Shown: positions 28,002 through 36,720 of the stretch, in pieces
Layout of the letters: every line of letters starts with the position of its first letter
How positions within the stretch are numbered: the first letter of the stretch is position 1
IMG/VR virus record: IMGVR_UViG_3300020515_000010
Coordinates: 1-43,788 of that record
Direction: 5' to 3' (one strand)
Length of the DNA: 43,788 nucleotides
Source: a virus
Lineage: Duplodnaviria > Caudoviricetes
Notes under the pieces: generated by a model
The model's input: the letters and a program-made list of their open reading frames with translations, nothing else
What the model was told of the DNA's origin: nothing
The model's database searches: none
Made by a program: the position numbers and the translations under genes

Positions 28002-29118
28002 TAGCGGAAAACAACTTGTAGCAAAGTATTTACTTGGGCAGGCTCCTGCCTATGCCACCTATTTGGCTGCTGGAGTGGGATCTAAGGCCCTTTCACAAGA
28101 AGAGACAATACTTATACCTCCTAATAAAGATTCACTTGATTTTGAGGTGTTTAGAGTTCCCATTACTTCTAAAGGTTTTATCAAAGAAGATGGGGTAGAA
28201 AAGATTGTATTCAAAGCAGAAATGCCATCAGAACAAAGATATCAAATAACTGAACTTGGAATATATCCAGCAGCAAGTAATTCAGTAGCAGGAAAATATG
28301 ATAGTAAATTGTTAGTTACCTTTTCTCCAACAGAACAATGGCAGTATGTTTTAAATGGTAGTGCTTCTGCAGTGCCATATCCAAATGAGGCTATAGATAG
28401 TGATTCAGCAAATGATATAAATAATGACATTGAAGATGTTTTATTCATTAACTCAGATTCTACAATATTTAATGGTCAAGATAGAAAGAATAGAAATGAA
28501 GGTCCTAGATTCTTAAATACCTCTTTAATGATAAATGGCAGTGCTTCATTTTTATCAGAAACTTTTATACCAACAGTAAATTCAATTTCTCTTGAAAACT
28601 CTAATATTAATTTTGATCTTGGTCAAAACCTTCCAGATGATAAACTTAAAATTGCTTTATCTTTAGTTAGCAAAACTGGTGTGACTAATGCTAATCCAGA
28701 TGCTGTAAGAATTAAAGTAGAGTTTATTAATAATTTATCTGGTGTTGCTATTGCGGCTCCAAAAGCCACTTTAAAAATATCACTTACTGATGCAGATTTT
28801 ACAGACGAGTTTGATAATGTTAAAAGATATATTATTGTAGAAAAGACTTTGTCTCAATTTGTTAAAGATGATAACTTTTCTTGGTCAAACGTTAACTATA
28901 TTAGAATATATGCAACAGTTATTGTTAGCAATAATCCTAGCGATAATTATTATATAGTTTTTGACGGTATGCGTTTAGATAATTTAACTTCAGAGAATCC
29001 TTTATATTCTTTGTTTGCTTATAATCTATTAAAAACTGATGATGGTTATCCAATTCTTAAACAAGAAAATACTAGTAATTATATTGAGTATAGATTTGGA
29101 ATTGGCGTTGATGGATAG
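27991..29118 (+). CDS. Putative tail/baseplate protein
   Basis: Likely TTG start (MITDSGKQLVAKYL...ITELGIY), resembling tail-collar/baseplate N-termini. Confidence 0.6.
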   Translation: MITDSGKQLVAKYLLGQAPAYATYLAAGVGSKALSQEETILIPPNKDSLDFEVFRVPITSKGFIKEDGVEKIVFKAEMPSEQRYQITELGIYPAASNSVAGKYDSKLLVTFSPTEQWQYVLNGSASAVPYPNEAIDSDSANDINNDIEDVLFINSDSTIFNGQDRKNRNEGPRFLNTSLMINGSASFLSETFIPTVNSISLENSNINFDLGQNLPDDKLKIALSLVSKTGVTNANPDAVRIKVEFINNLSGVAIAAPKATLKISLTDADFTDEFDNVKRYIIVEKTLSQFVKDDNFSWSNVNYIRIYATVIVSNNPSDNYYIVFDGMRLDNLTSENPLYSLFAYNLLKTDDGYPILKQENTSNYIEYRFGIGVDG

Positions 29119-29585
29119 TGCCAAAATTTATTATACCTATAAATAAACTTCCCCCACCCGCTCAAGACGGTACACAAAATTTACGTTTTAGAATAACTAC
29201 AGATGACAAAAACAGTTTATCTCAGTGGTCTACAATATTTTCTGTAGAAAGTGTTGGACAAATTGATCCAGATCAAGTAGAATCAAATATTACAGCCTTA
29301 ACTTCTGATGGACCATTTGAAGTAGTTTGGAATCAGAATGTTTCTACTTCTGTAAATAGTCACGGCATTGTTGATAACGAATTACAGGCTTATGATATTT
29401 TTATTAAATGGAATTATGATGCAGATTTTAATTATTTTGGTAGGGTAACTGGTAACAAGGTTACTATTTATAAACCTTTACCTGCAACTTCTTTAAGGGT
29501 TATTGGTCAACTACCATCTCACCCTATACCAACAGAGACAATTGTAAGATTTCAAATATTTGATACAGGAGTTGTTCCACTCTAA
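29118..29585 (+). CDS. Hypothetical tail protein
   Basis: 155-aa ORF, TAGTG coupling; LRFRITTDDKNSLSQWS. Confidence 0.6.
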   Translation: MPKFIIPINKLPPPAQDGTQNLRFRITTDDKNSLSQWSTIFSVESVGQIDPDQVESNITALTSDGPFEVVWNQNVSTSVNSHGIVDNELQAYDIFIKWNYDADFNYFGRVTGNKVTIYKPLPATSLRVIGQLPSHPIPTETIVRFQIFDTGVVPL

Positions 29586-31864
29586 TGACTTATCCACAAG
29601 TTTATAGTTCTCAGACTGGCCAATGGACTAGTTTATTTGAAGAGGCTGTATCTATAGAAAATGTTGGGGGTATAGATTTAACTAATCCTCAAGATAATGA
29701 TATATTGACTTATAACTCTGCTTGTGCTAATTTTATAAATGAACCTATTACGGCAATAATTAATACCCAAAATATAACACCTATAACAATTAATGCTTCT
29801 GGGCTATCTACATTTAATAGTGCTTCAGTTATTAATAATGCAAATATTAATGGAAATCTTGTTGTTGGAAGTAGTTTAACAGTTAATGGTGTTTTGATTA
29901 CAGGATCGTCTCCATCCGCAACAGTTACTACAGAACAGATTCAAGACTCAACTGCACCACTATTTGATCACGCTTTTCACACAAACATAACAGCAACTTA
30001 TGACGATGCCAATAATAGAATACTTTTATCTGCATCAGCATCGTCTGCTTCGGTAACCGTTACAACAGAAGAGATCCAAGATGCAGCAGCACCTCTTCTC
30101 AATCACGCATTCCACAATAACATAACAGCAACCTACGATGACGCTAATAATAGAATATTGCTTTCAGCCTCTGCTTCATCTGCCTCAGTAACTGTTACAA
30201 CAGAAGAGATCCAAGATGCAGCAGCACCTCTTCTCAATCACGCATTCCACAATAACATAACAGCAACCTACGATGACGCTAATAATAGAATTATTCTTTC
30301 TGGATCTGCTTCTTCAGGATCAGTAAGCATGTCTACAGAAGATGTTCAAGACATTGTTGGGCCAATGTTTGCACATGTTAATCACACAAATGTTACAGCA
30401 TCTTATAATGACGGAACAGGACAAGTTTTACTTTCAGTAGCAAGTCCATCAGGTGGATCAAATCAAACAAACTTTTATGACGTAGTTAGAGACTATGCTG
30501 TAGTTGCTGGAGAAGCAAACTCCGCAACTAAAATTCAAAATGCATTGAATGCAGCAAGAGATGCGGGTAGTGGGATAGTATACATTCCAGCAGGAACATA
30601 CAATATAGAAAGTACTTTACAAATATTTTCTGGAACAACACTATACTTGACACCTAAAACAGTTATATTTAGACAATTTGCAACCTCTCCTTTGCTTGCT
30701 AATGGTGCTAACGGTGCTAGTTATTCTGGATATAGTGGTCAGGGTAATATTAGAATTATAGGAGGCATTTGGGAGTCTAGAGGCCAAGCATATCCAATTC
30801 AACCAGCAATGGCTATAAGTATTGGTCACGCTACAGATGTTGTTATTCAAGATTTAACAATATCAAACGTTGGTGGGTATCATGCTATTGAAATTAATTC
30901 AAGTAAAAATGTTAAGGTAGAAAATTGTAGATTTACTGGATTTAAAGATACTGGAAATAGAGCATATTCTGAAGCAATTCAAATAGACTATGCAGGTGAA
31001 GGTTTATTTGGATGGTTTGGTGCCTATGATGGTACACATTGTCAAGACATAATTATTGATAAATGTTATTTTGGATCATCTGGTACAGCAGGAACAACTT
31101 CTTGGCCTTCAGGAATTGGAAGTCATTCTTATTCATCAGGTTCATATCATAAAGATGTAAAATTTATTAATAATACTTTTGAAGGTATGACAGAGTATGC
31201 TATTAGATCATTTTGTGTATACGATAATTTATTGATTTATGGTAATGTTATTAGAAATTCTTATGGTGGAATTGCCATTGGCTTAGATGGAAATAAAAAT
31301 CATTCTTCAAGTGTATCTAATACATCTATTCTTGGGTATGCTCCACAAGTTTCATATAATACTATTATAAGTAATAACCTTATTGATAACTCAGGAACTT
31401 CAGGAGCAAGCGGTATCTGGGTAATAAATGCTGAAAATATAAACATAGTTAATAACGTTATCAGAGGTATAACAAGGCAAAGTGATTATATTGCAGATGG
31501 AATTCTTGGTGTTAAAATTATCAATGGTAACATTTCTAACAATGTTTTACAAAATATTGCAAATGACGGCATAGATTTAAGAAAAAATTCAAGAAACGTA
31601 ATGATATCTAATAATACTACTATGAATGTTTCACTTACTACCAATAATACATTTAGACATATATATTTAAATGATGATGCTGACGATTGTTCAATTATAT
31701 CTAATAGGGGATACAGAACAGCCGCCAATATTGCTGCTCATGGAATGGAATTTACAAGCACTACCAACAATCTTAGAATTTTTGGAAACCAATATACGAC
31801 TTCGGCTACTACTGCAATCTTGAATAATTCAGTTGGATCAAATACAACCGTGACCAACACCTAA
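29585..31864 (+). CDS. Tailspike/receptor-binding protein with right-handed beta-helix (pectate-lyase-like) domain
   Basis: DVVRDYAVV...KIQNALNAA...VYIPAGTY followed by N/I/G-rich beta-helix coils; N-terminal 45-aa repeats. Confidence 0.8.
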   Translation: MTYPQVYSSQTGQWTSLFEEAVSIENVGGIDLTNPQDNDILTYNSACANFINEPITAIINTQNITPITINASGLSTFNSASVINNANINGNLVVGSSLTVNGVLITGSSPSATVTTEQIQDSTAPLFDHAFHTNITATYDDANNRILLSASASSASVTVTTEEIQDAAAPLLNHAFHNNITATYDDANNRILLSASASSASVTVTTEEIQDAAAPLLNHAFHNNITATYDDANNRIILSGSASSGSVSMSTEDVQDIVGPMFAHVNHTNVTASYNDGTGQVLLSVASPSGGSNQTNFYDVVRDYAVVAGEANSATKIQNALNAARDAGSGIVYIPAGTYNIESTLQIFSGTTLYLTPKTVIFRQFATSPLLANGANGASYSGYSGQGNIRIIGGIWESRGQAYPIQPAMAISIGHATDVVIQDLTISNVGGYHAIEINSSKNVKVENCRFTGFKDTGNRAYSEAIQIDYAGEGLFGWFGAYDGTHCQDIIIDKCYFGSSGTAGTTSWPSGIGSHSYSSGSYHKDVKFINNTFEGMTEYAIRSFCVYDNLLIYGNVIRNSYGGIAIGLDGNKNHSSSVSNTSILGYAPQVSYNTIISNNLIDNSGTSGASGIWVINAENINIVNNVIRGITRQSDYIADGILGVKIINGNISNNVLQNIANDGIDLRKNSRNVMISNNTTMNVSLTTNNTFRHIYLNDDADDCSIISNRGYRTAANIAAHGMEFTSTTNNLRIFGNQYTTSATTAILNNSVGSNTTVTNT
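29921..30445 (+). repeat. Four tandem 135-nt (45-aa) repeats
   Basis: Units start at 29921, 30056, 30191 and 30326; 98 nt identical between 30059-30156 and 30194-30291. Confidence 0.93.
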
Positions 31865-31866
31865 CA

Positions 31867-31875
31867 TGGTATACT
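31867..31875 (+). promoter_or_regulatory. Extended -10 promoter, probably leaderless
   Basis: TGGTATACT 8 nt before ATG 31884; no SD. Confidence 0.55.
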
Positions 31876-31883
31876 AGATAATT

Positions 31884-32324
31884 ATGGCATCAATATCCCT
31901 ACCCGAAAAAGGACAGCCAATAGATGTTAATTACATCTACGAGATGGCTAGTCAAATCAATAGTTTAACAAATGCTCTTGCGGTAAGATCATCAAGTAGT
32001 TCACAAGTCAACAAGGTCACTGAGACCACAGGCAACCTTAGATTTTTTGCAGCAACATTACCAGTATCAGCAAAAACTGCATCCTCTAATGAAGTTATAG
32101 ATATGCCAGATTTTAATTATTCAACTGCTGGATTTAGTAAAACCCCAGTGGTGGTAGCGACAGTAGTTAACAATGGTGGAGTAAGTGGTGTAGATGCTGG
32201 TAACAGTACTACAGTAGTTTTAGATTCAGTAGGAACCTCTTTAGCAACAGGTGTATTAAAGTTTGGACTATCAGGTGGTTTAAATATAAGCATTAATTTA
32301 ATTGCTATAGGTGTACCTAACTAA
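31884..32324 (+). CDS. Small tail-fibre-like protein
   Basis: FSKTPVVVAT...INLIAIG C-terminus resembles H-type-lectin/gp53-like fibre tips. Confidence 0.55.
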   Translation: MASISLPEKGQPIDVNYIYEMASQINSLTNALAVRSSSSSQVNKVTETTGNLRFFAATLPVSAKTASSNEVIDMPDFNYSTAGFSKTPVVVATVVNNGGVSGVDAGNSTTVVLDSVGTSLATGVLKFGLSGGLNISINLIAIGVPN

Positions 32325-32328
32325 TTTG

Positions 32329-32337
32329 TGATATAAT
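32329..32337 (+). promoter_or_regulatory. Extended -10 promoter at the start of the replication block
   Basis: Intergenic TGTGATATAAT; SD AAGGA before 32364. Confidence 0.65.
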
Positions 32338-32363
32338 CTTATAACATTTAAATTAAGGAATAT

Positions 32364-32561
32364 ATGATCAAGTGTCTCAAGTGCAACAAAGGAAGAATGT
32401 TTGTTGACAGAGTATTTCTATCATATAACCATTTAGAATTATATTGCTTGGCTTGTGGAAAAAGAGAAATGTATCAAAACCCAGAAAGACATGGTAAAAG
32501 AGCAGCATGGATAATGAATTCAGAAAAGATAAGAGCGAAGAGACTAGGCAGCACGATCTAA
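32364..32561 (+). CDS. Zinc-ribbon protein
   Basis: CLKC...CLACG. Confidence 0.7.
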   Translation: MIKCLKCNKGRMFVDRVFLSYNHLELYCLACGKREMYQNPERHGKRAAWIMNSEKIRAKRLGSTI

Positions 32562-33061
32562 AAAAGATAAAACCAAGTAAGGCTATATTTTTTTTAGACA
32601 AGAATCTTGTAAGACTATTACATTATAATAGAGCAAACGATATCTGTGAACTTTATAATTTTAATCTAGATAAAGAACAAACTATGCTATATAGTGATTT
32701 TAAAAAGCATAGAAGAAGAGCCTACAACGTAGGTAGCACTTTAAAAATATTTAGAAGATCAAGAATGCAAATGGAAAGATGGATTGATTTAGGATTAATA
32801 TCTCCACCAGTTGGAACTACCCCAGGTGGTGAAAGAAAGTTTCAACAGATGTCCTATTTTTCAGAAGATGACCTATTTACAATTCGTTCAGTTCTTGCTA
32901 CAATACATAAAGGAAGACCTAGAAAAGATGGAAGAATAACTCCAAGAAGAGATTTACCTACAGAGAAGGAGTTGCGTTCTTTGATAGGAGATAGTATAAT
33001 GTTATATACAAAGACAGAGGATGGGCGGTTCATTCCTGTATGGCAAGAAGAAACGTGGTAG
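32507..33061 (+). CDS. Putative MerR-like HTH DNA-binding protein
   Basis: YNVGSTLKIFRRSRMQMERWIDLGLISPP...YFSEDDL; start uncertain. Confidence 0.55.
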   Translation: MDNEFRKDKSEETRQHDLKKIKPSKAIFFLDKNLVRLLHYNRANDICELYNFNLDKEQTMLYSDFKKHRRRAYNVGSTLKIFRRSRMQMERWIDLGLISPPVGTTPGGERKFQQMSYFSEDDLFTIRSVLATIHKGRPRKDGRITPRRDLPTEKELRSLIGDSIMLYTKTEDGRFIPVWQEETW

Positions 33062-33064
33062 TAA

Positions 33065-33265
33065 ATGATTGATAAAACAACAGTAAATGTAACACTTGGT
33101 TACACATTAAATTTAGGAAATTTTCAAAGCCTTAGGGTAGATCTTGGTTGTACTGACTTTGTTCGTGATGGAGAAAATCATGACGAGGCTATGGAACGTG
33201 TTTACAAGTTCATAGAAACAAAGGTAGTAGAAAAAATTGAGGATGCGAAGAAAGAACTAGAATAG
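33065..33265 (+). CDS. Hypothetical protein
   Basis: 66 aa, TLNLGNFQSLRVDLG; coupled to the next gene. Confidence 0.7.
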   Translation: MIDKTTVNVTLGYTLNLGNFQSLRVDLGCTDFVRDGENHDEAMERVYKFIETKVVEKIEDAKKELE

Positions 33266-33570
33266 TGGCTGATCGTAAGATTAGGTATGCACTAATTACT
33301 AGATTTAAAAAGTTAGCATCTCAAAAAGATATGGTAGTAAATATCAATATTCATATTGAGCAATGGGCTTCACAATCGCTTATTGACTCATATGGATTAG
33401 ACACTTGCTATGATATGCTTGATTACTATTTTGAAGTGTCTGAGACACCAGACTGGAAATGGTTTGTTAACAATGCAGATAAGATATTTAAAAACTTGAC
33501 TGTAAGAAAAGAAGATGCTAGAATTAGAGCCGTACTTCGTGAACAAGCAAAAGATTGGCTAGGTAAATAA
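33265..33570 (+). CDS. Hypothetical protein upstream of helicase
   Basis: 101 aa; TAGTG and TAATG coupling. Confidence 0.7.
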   Translation: MADRKIRYALITRFKKLASQKDMVVNINIHIEQWASQSLIDSYGLDTCYDMLDYYFEVSETPDWKWFVNNADKIFKNLTVRKEDARIRAVLREQAKDWLGK

Positions 33571-34796
33571 TGTCAGCAGAATTAGAAGGCAAAGTCCTAT
33601 CTGCTGTATTAAAAGATAAACAAATACATATATTGTTACAAGCAAATCCAGATGCTTTATTTAAAACACATAAAGATGTTTGGGATTTTGTTAGAAATTA
33701 TCAAGAACAAAATAGTACAGTTCCTTCAGTTGATTTAGTTGTAGAAAAGTTTAGAGACTTTAGTCCAGTTGGTGAAATAGGTGGAACTAAACATCATTTA
33801 GAAGAATTAAGAACAGAGCATTTACAAAGTAGTCTAAGTAATGTTTTAATGGACACTGCTAGTAAATTAAAAAATAATCAACCTAATGAAGCACTTAATA
33901 GTATTATAACCAAGACATCAGAATTAAAAAGAATAACAGCAGACATTAGAGATGTTGATGCAGTTGATATCGAAGATGCTCTTGCTTACTACAAACATGT
34001 AAAGGAAATGAATGAAAAAGGTATTGGCGGTATTAAAACAGGTCTTGCGGGTTTCGATAACTATCTTCCAGCGGGTATTGCTCCTGGTCAGTTTGGTATT
34101 CTTCTTGCTTATCCTGCTATTGGCAAGTCTTGGCTTGCACTCTTTATGGCTGTTCAGGCATGGAAGAACGGAAGAAAGCCACTAGTCTTATCTCTTGAAA
34201 TGACAGAGACAGAAGTCCGTAATCGTGTATACACAATTATGGGACAAGGAATGTTTTCTCATAGAAAGTTAAGTTCTGGAGTTGTTGACCCAGAAGCATT
34301 TAAAATATGGGGAGATCAACACTTAAAGAATATGCCACCATTTCATATCGTTTCTAATGATGGATTGGGTGAAGTTAGCCCATCAGTTTTGAGGGGTAAA
34401 GTAGATCAATACTCTCCAGATATAGTTTTTGTTGATTATATTCAATTGATGCAATCAAACAACTATACAGATAATGAAGTTGTAAAAATTAAAAACATAT
34501 CTAGAGAATTAAAGATACTTGCTATATCAGAACAAGTTCCTATTGTTGCTATTGCTTCTGCTACACCAGATGATGCTACAGATATGTATAGTGTCCCATC
34601 TCTTGGTCAAGTTGCTTGGTCTAGACAGTTGGCTTATGATGCTGACTGGGTACTTGCACTTGGTCGTGCTGCAGGAAGTAGTATTCTGGAGTGTATCTTT
34701 AGAAAGAATCGTCATGGTTTTTCTGGAGAATTTATGATTGACATTGACTTTGATTCTGGAAGGTTTATGTATAAGGATAATGAGGGGGTATCTTAA
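33570..34796 (+). CDS. dnaB: Replicative DNA helicase
   Basis: Walker A AYPAIGKS, SLEM, IVFVDYIQLM, ISRELKILA, YDADWVL, KNRHG. Confidence 0.93.
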   Translation: MSAELEGKVLSAVLKDKQIHILLQANPDALFKTHKDVWDFVRNYQEQNSTVPSVDLVVEKFRDFSPVGEIGGTKHHLEELRTEHLQSSLSNVLMDTASKLKNNQPNEALNSIITKTSELKRITADIRDVDAVDIEDALAYYKHVKEMNEKGIGGIKTGLAGFDNYLPAGIAPGQFGILLAYPAIGKSWLALFMAVQAWKNGRKPLVLSLEMTETEVRNRVYTIMGQGMFSHRKLSSGVVDPEAFKIWGDQHLKNMPPFHIVSNDGLGEVSPSVLRGKVDQYSPDIVFVDYIQLMQSNNYTDNEVVKIKNISRELKILAISEQVPIVAIASATPDDATDMYSVPSLGQVAWSRQLAYDADWVLALGRAAGSSILECIFRKNRHGFSGEFMIDIDFDSGRFMYKDNEGVS

Positions 34797-34803
34797 ATAC
34801 TAT

Positions 34804-34812
34804 TGATATAAT
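34804..34812 (+). promoter_or_regulatory. Extended -10 promoter, probably leaderless
   Basis: TGATATAAT 6 nt before ATG 34819. Confidence 0.65.
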
Positions 34813-34818
34813 TTAGGT

Positions 34819-35133
34819 ATGTCATACAGTCATAGAAAGATCACTAAATTTGGTTTAGAAGGTGAGATCTTTGATGACGCCAAGATTCCTAAAATAAAAG
34901 ATCAATACATCAATATGATCTGCAATGGTATGAGACAAAAAGGTTATGTTCCAAGATATGACATTGACCCAGACTTTACAATCAGTTACAATGGTAAGAC
35001 ATTTGAATTTAAACTATCAGTTTACGGAGTTTATGTTGGAAAGAAAAGAGCAAAATGCGTAAAGGGAATCGACAAGAACCAAGTTATAACATCAACTACT
35101 ACTCAGAATCTCAAATCAGAAGAAGTCTTCTAG
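34819..35133 (+). CDS. Hypothetical protein
   Basis: 104-aa ORF between helicase and primase. Confidence 0.7.
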   Translation: MSYSHRKITKFGLEGEIFDDAKIPKIKDQYINMICNGMRQKGYVPRYDIDPDFTISYNGKTFEFKLSVYGVYVGKKRAKCVKGIDKNQVITSTTTQNLKSEEVF

Positions 35134-36008
35134 CCTCTGGCATAGACATAGTATCAGAAGTAGATATAGACTTTATTATATTTTGTCCGTTTCATAATAA
35201 CAATAGAACTCCAGCAGGAGAAGTTCATAAGACTAGTGGTATGTTTTATTGTTTCGCTTGTCAGGAAACTAAGGAACTTGTAGAAGTTATAATGCAGGCT
35301 TCAGGTAGATCATATTTTGAGGCAGCAAGATTAATTGATTCTAAATCTGATAGTAAAAATATTTTAGAGAATGTTACACAAATGCTTGAAAAGAAAATTG
35401 AGTTTGAAGAGTATGATTCTGAAATGATAGATAAGTTAAACAGTAATGCTTTGAGTATGGAAAGAGCAGCAGATTATTATAAGTCAAGAAAGATAACTAA
35501 AGAAAGTGTTATTAAATATAAACTAGGATATTCAGATAAACAGGATATGGTTACCATCCCAGTTTATTCTCCTAATGGAATATGTTTAGGATTTGTTGGT
35601 AGATCTGTAGAGGGAAAGGTTTTTAAGAATACCCCTGGATTACAAAAGAGTAAGACGTTGTTTAATTTGCAAAGAGCCAAAAGGCATGATAAGGTTTTTG
35701 TTGTAGAGTCATCATTTGATGCAATAAGGTTAGAACAAGTTGGTGTTCATGCTGTTGCTACTCTTGGTGCTACTATTTCAAAAGAACAAAGAAAACTTCT
35801 AAAACAATACTTTAATCAAGTTATAGTTTTAGGAGATAACGATGAGGCTGGAAGAAATATGTCTAAGAAAATGATTGAGTTTTTTGGATCAGGATGTATA
35901 GCACCAGAACTTCCAGAGGGTATAAAAGATGTTTCAGATTTGTCTAATGATGATCTAAAGTTATTTGTAGATAAGTTTGACAATGTACTATACTCTATGC
36001 TAAACTAG
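35055..36008 (+). CDS. dnaG: DNA primase
   Basis: CPFH...CFAC zinc finger, GFVGRS, TOPRIM VVESSFDA and GDNDEAG, KDVSD. Confidence 0.9.
   Translation: MRKGNRQEPSYNINYYSESQIRRSLLASGIDIVSEVDIDFIIFCPFHNNNRTPAGEVHKTSGMFYCFACQETKELVEVIMQASGRSYFEAARLIDSKSDSKNILENVTQMLEKKIEFEEYDSEMIDKLNSNALSMERAADYYKSRKITKESVIKYKLGYSDKQDMVTIPVYSPNGICLGFVGRSVEGKVFKNTPGLQKSKTLFNLQRAKRHDKVFVVESSFDAIRLEQVGVHAVATLGATISKEQRKLLKQYFNQVIVLGDNDEAGRNMSKKMIEFFGSGCIAPELPEGIKDVSDLSNDDLKLFVDKFDNVLYSMLN
35977..36006 (+). promoter_or_regulatory. Promoter for the ssb-dnaE operon
   Basis: TTGACA-18 nt-TAAACT with TG extension. Confidence 0.65.
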
Positions 36009-36050
36009 AACCACTGCTCATATACAGAGCAAAACATTAAGGAGAAATAT

Positions 36051-36701
36051 ATGTCAATTATAAAAGGACTAAAAAATATTGAGGCTGCAATTGATAAGCC
36101 AAAATATGATTCAAACAGCCCAAAGATAAAGTGGCTAAAACTAGACGATGGTCAAAGTGTTCAAATTCGCTTTGTAAGTGAATTGGATTCAGACTCTCCA
36201 CACTATGATGAAAAGCGTGGACTTGCTATCGTTGTAAAAGAACACACAAATCCAAAAGACTACAAGCGTAAGGCTGTAGATACTATGGATGAAGAAGGTA
36301 AAGACTGGGCAGAAGAAATGCATCGCAAAGATACTAAAGCAGGATGGGGAGCACGTCTTCGCTTCTATGCTAACGTATTGGTAGATGATGGCATTAACGA
36401 TCCATACATTGCAGTATGGAGTATGGGTGTTTCAAAGTCTGCAACATTCAATACAATTAGAGAATATGCTTCTGAGTCATCAAGCATTTCAAACATGAAT
36501 TGGAAATTAAAAAGAAATGGCAAGGGTACTGAAACAACTTATACTCTTATTCCATTAAAAGAAGATACTGAACCATTTGATTGGTCTAAGTTCGAATTTC
36601 CAAATGTTGAAAATGCTTTGAAAAAAGTTCCATATGCAGAACAAGAAGCGTTTTATTTGGGATTTGATAATCCTACTACCTCAACATCAGTTGACTGGTA
36701 A
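36051..36701 (+). CDS. Single-stranded DNA-binding protein (gp32-like)
   Basis: WLKLDDGQSVQIRF, KLKRNGKGTETTY, terminal DW; between primase and polymerase; SD AAGGAG. Confidence 0.7.
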   Translation: MSIIKGLKNIEAAIDKPKYDSNSPKIKWLKLDDGQSVQIRFVSELDSDSPHYDEKRGLAIVVKEHTNPKDYKRKAVDTMDEEGKDWAEEMHRKDTKAGWGARLRFYANVLVDDGINDPYIAVWSMGVSKSATFNTIREYASESSSISNMNWKLKRNGKGTETTYTLIPLKEDTEPFDWSKFEFPNVENALKKVPYAEQEAFYLGFDNPTTSTSVDW

Positions 36702-36720
36702 TTAACCGAAAGGCTATGGT

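Noticed and set aside
29921-30445. Repeats as a CRISPR array or DGR template/variable pair
   Set aside because: In-frame coding tandem repeats without spacers, no adenine-specific mismatch pattern, no reverse transcriptase
32896-32904. Intragenic TGCTACAAT promoter-like box
   Set aside because: About ten such matches per strand are expected by chance at this AT content; no supporting context
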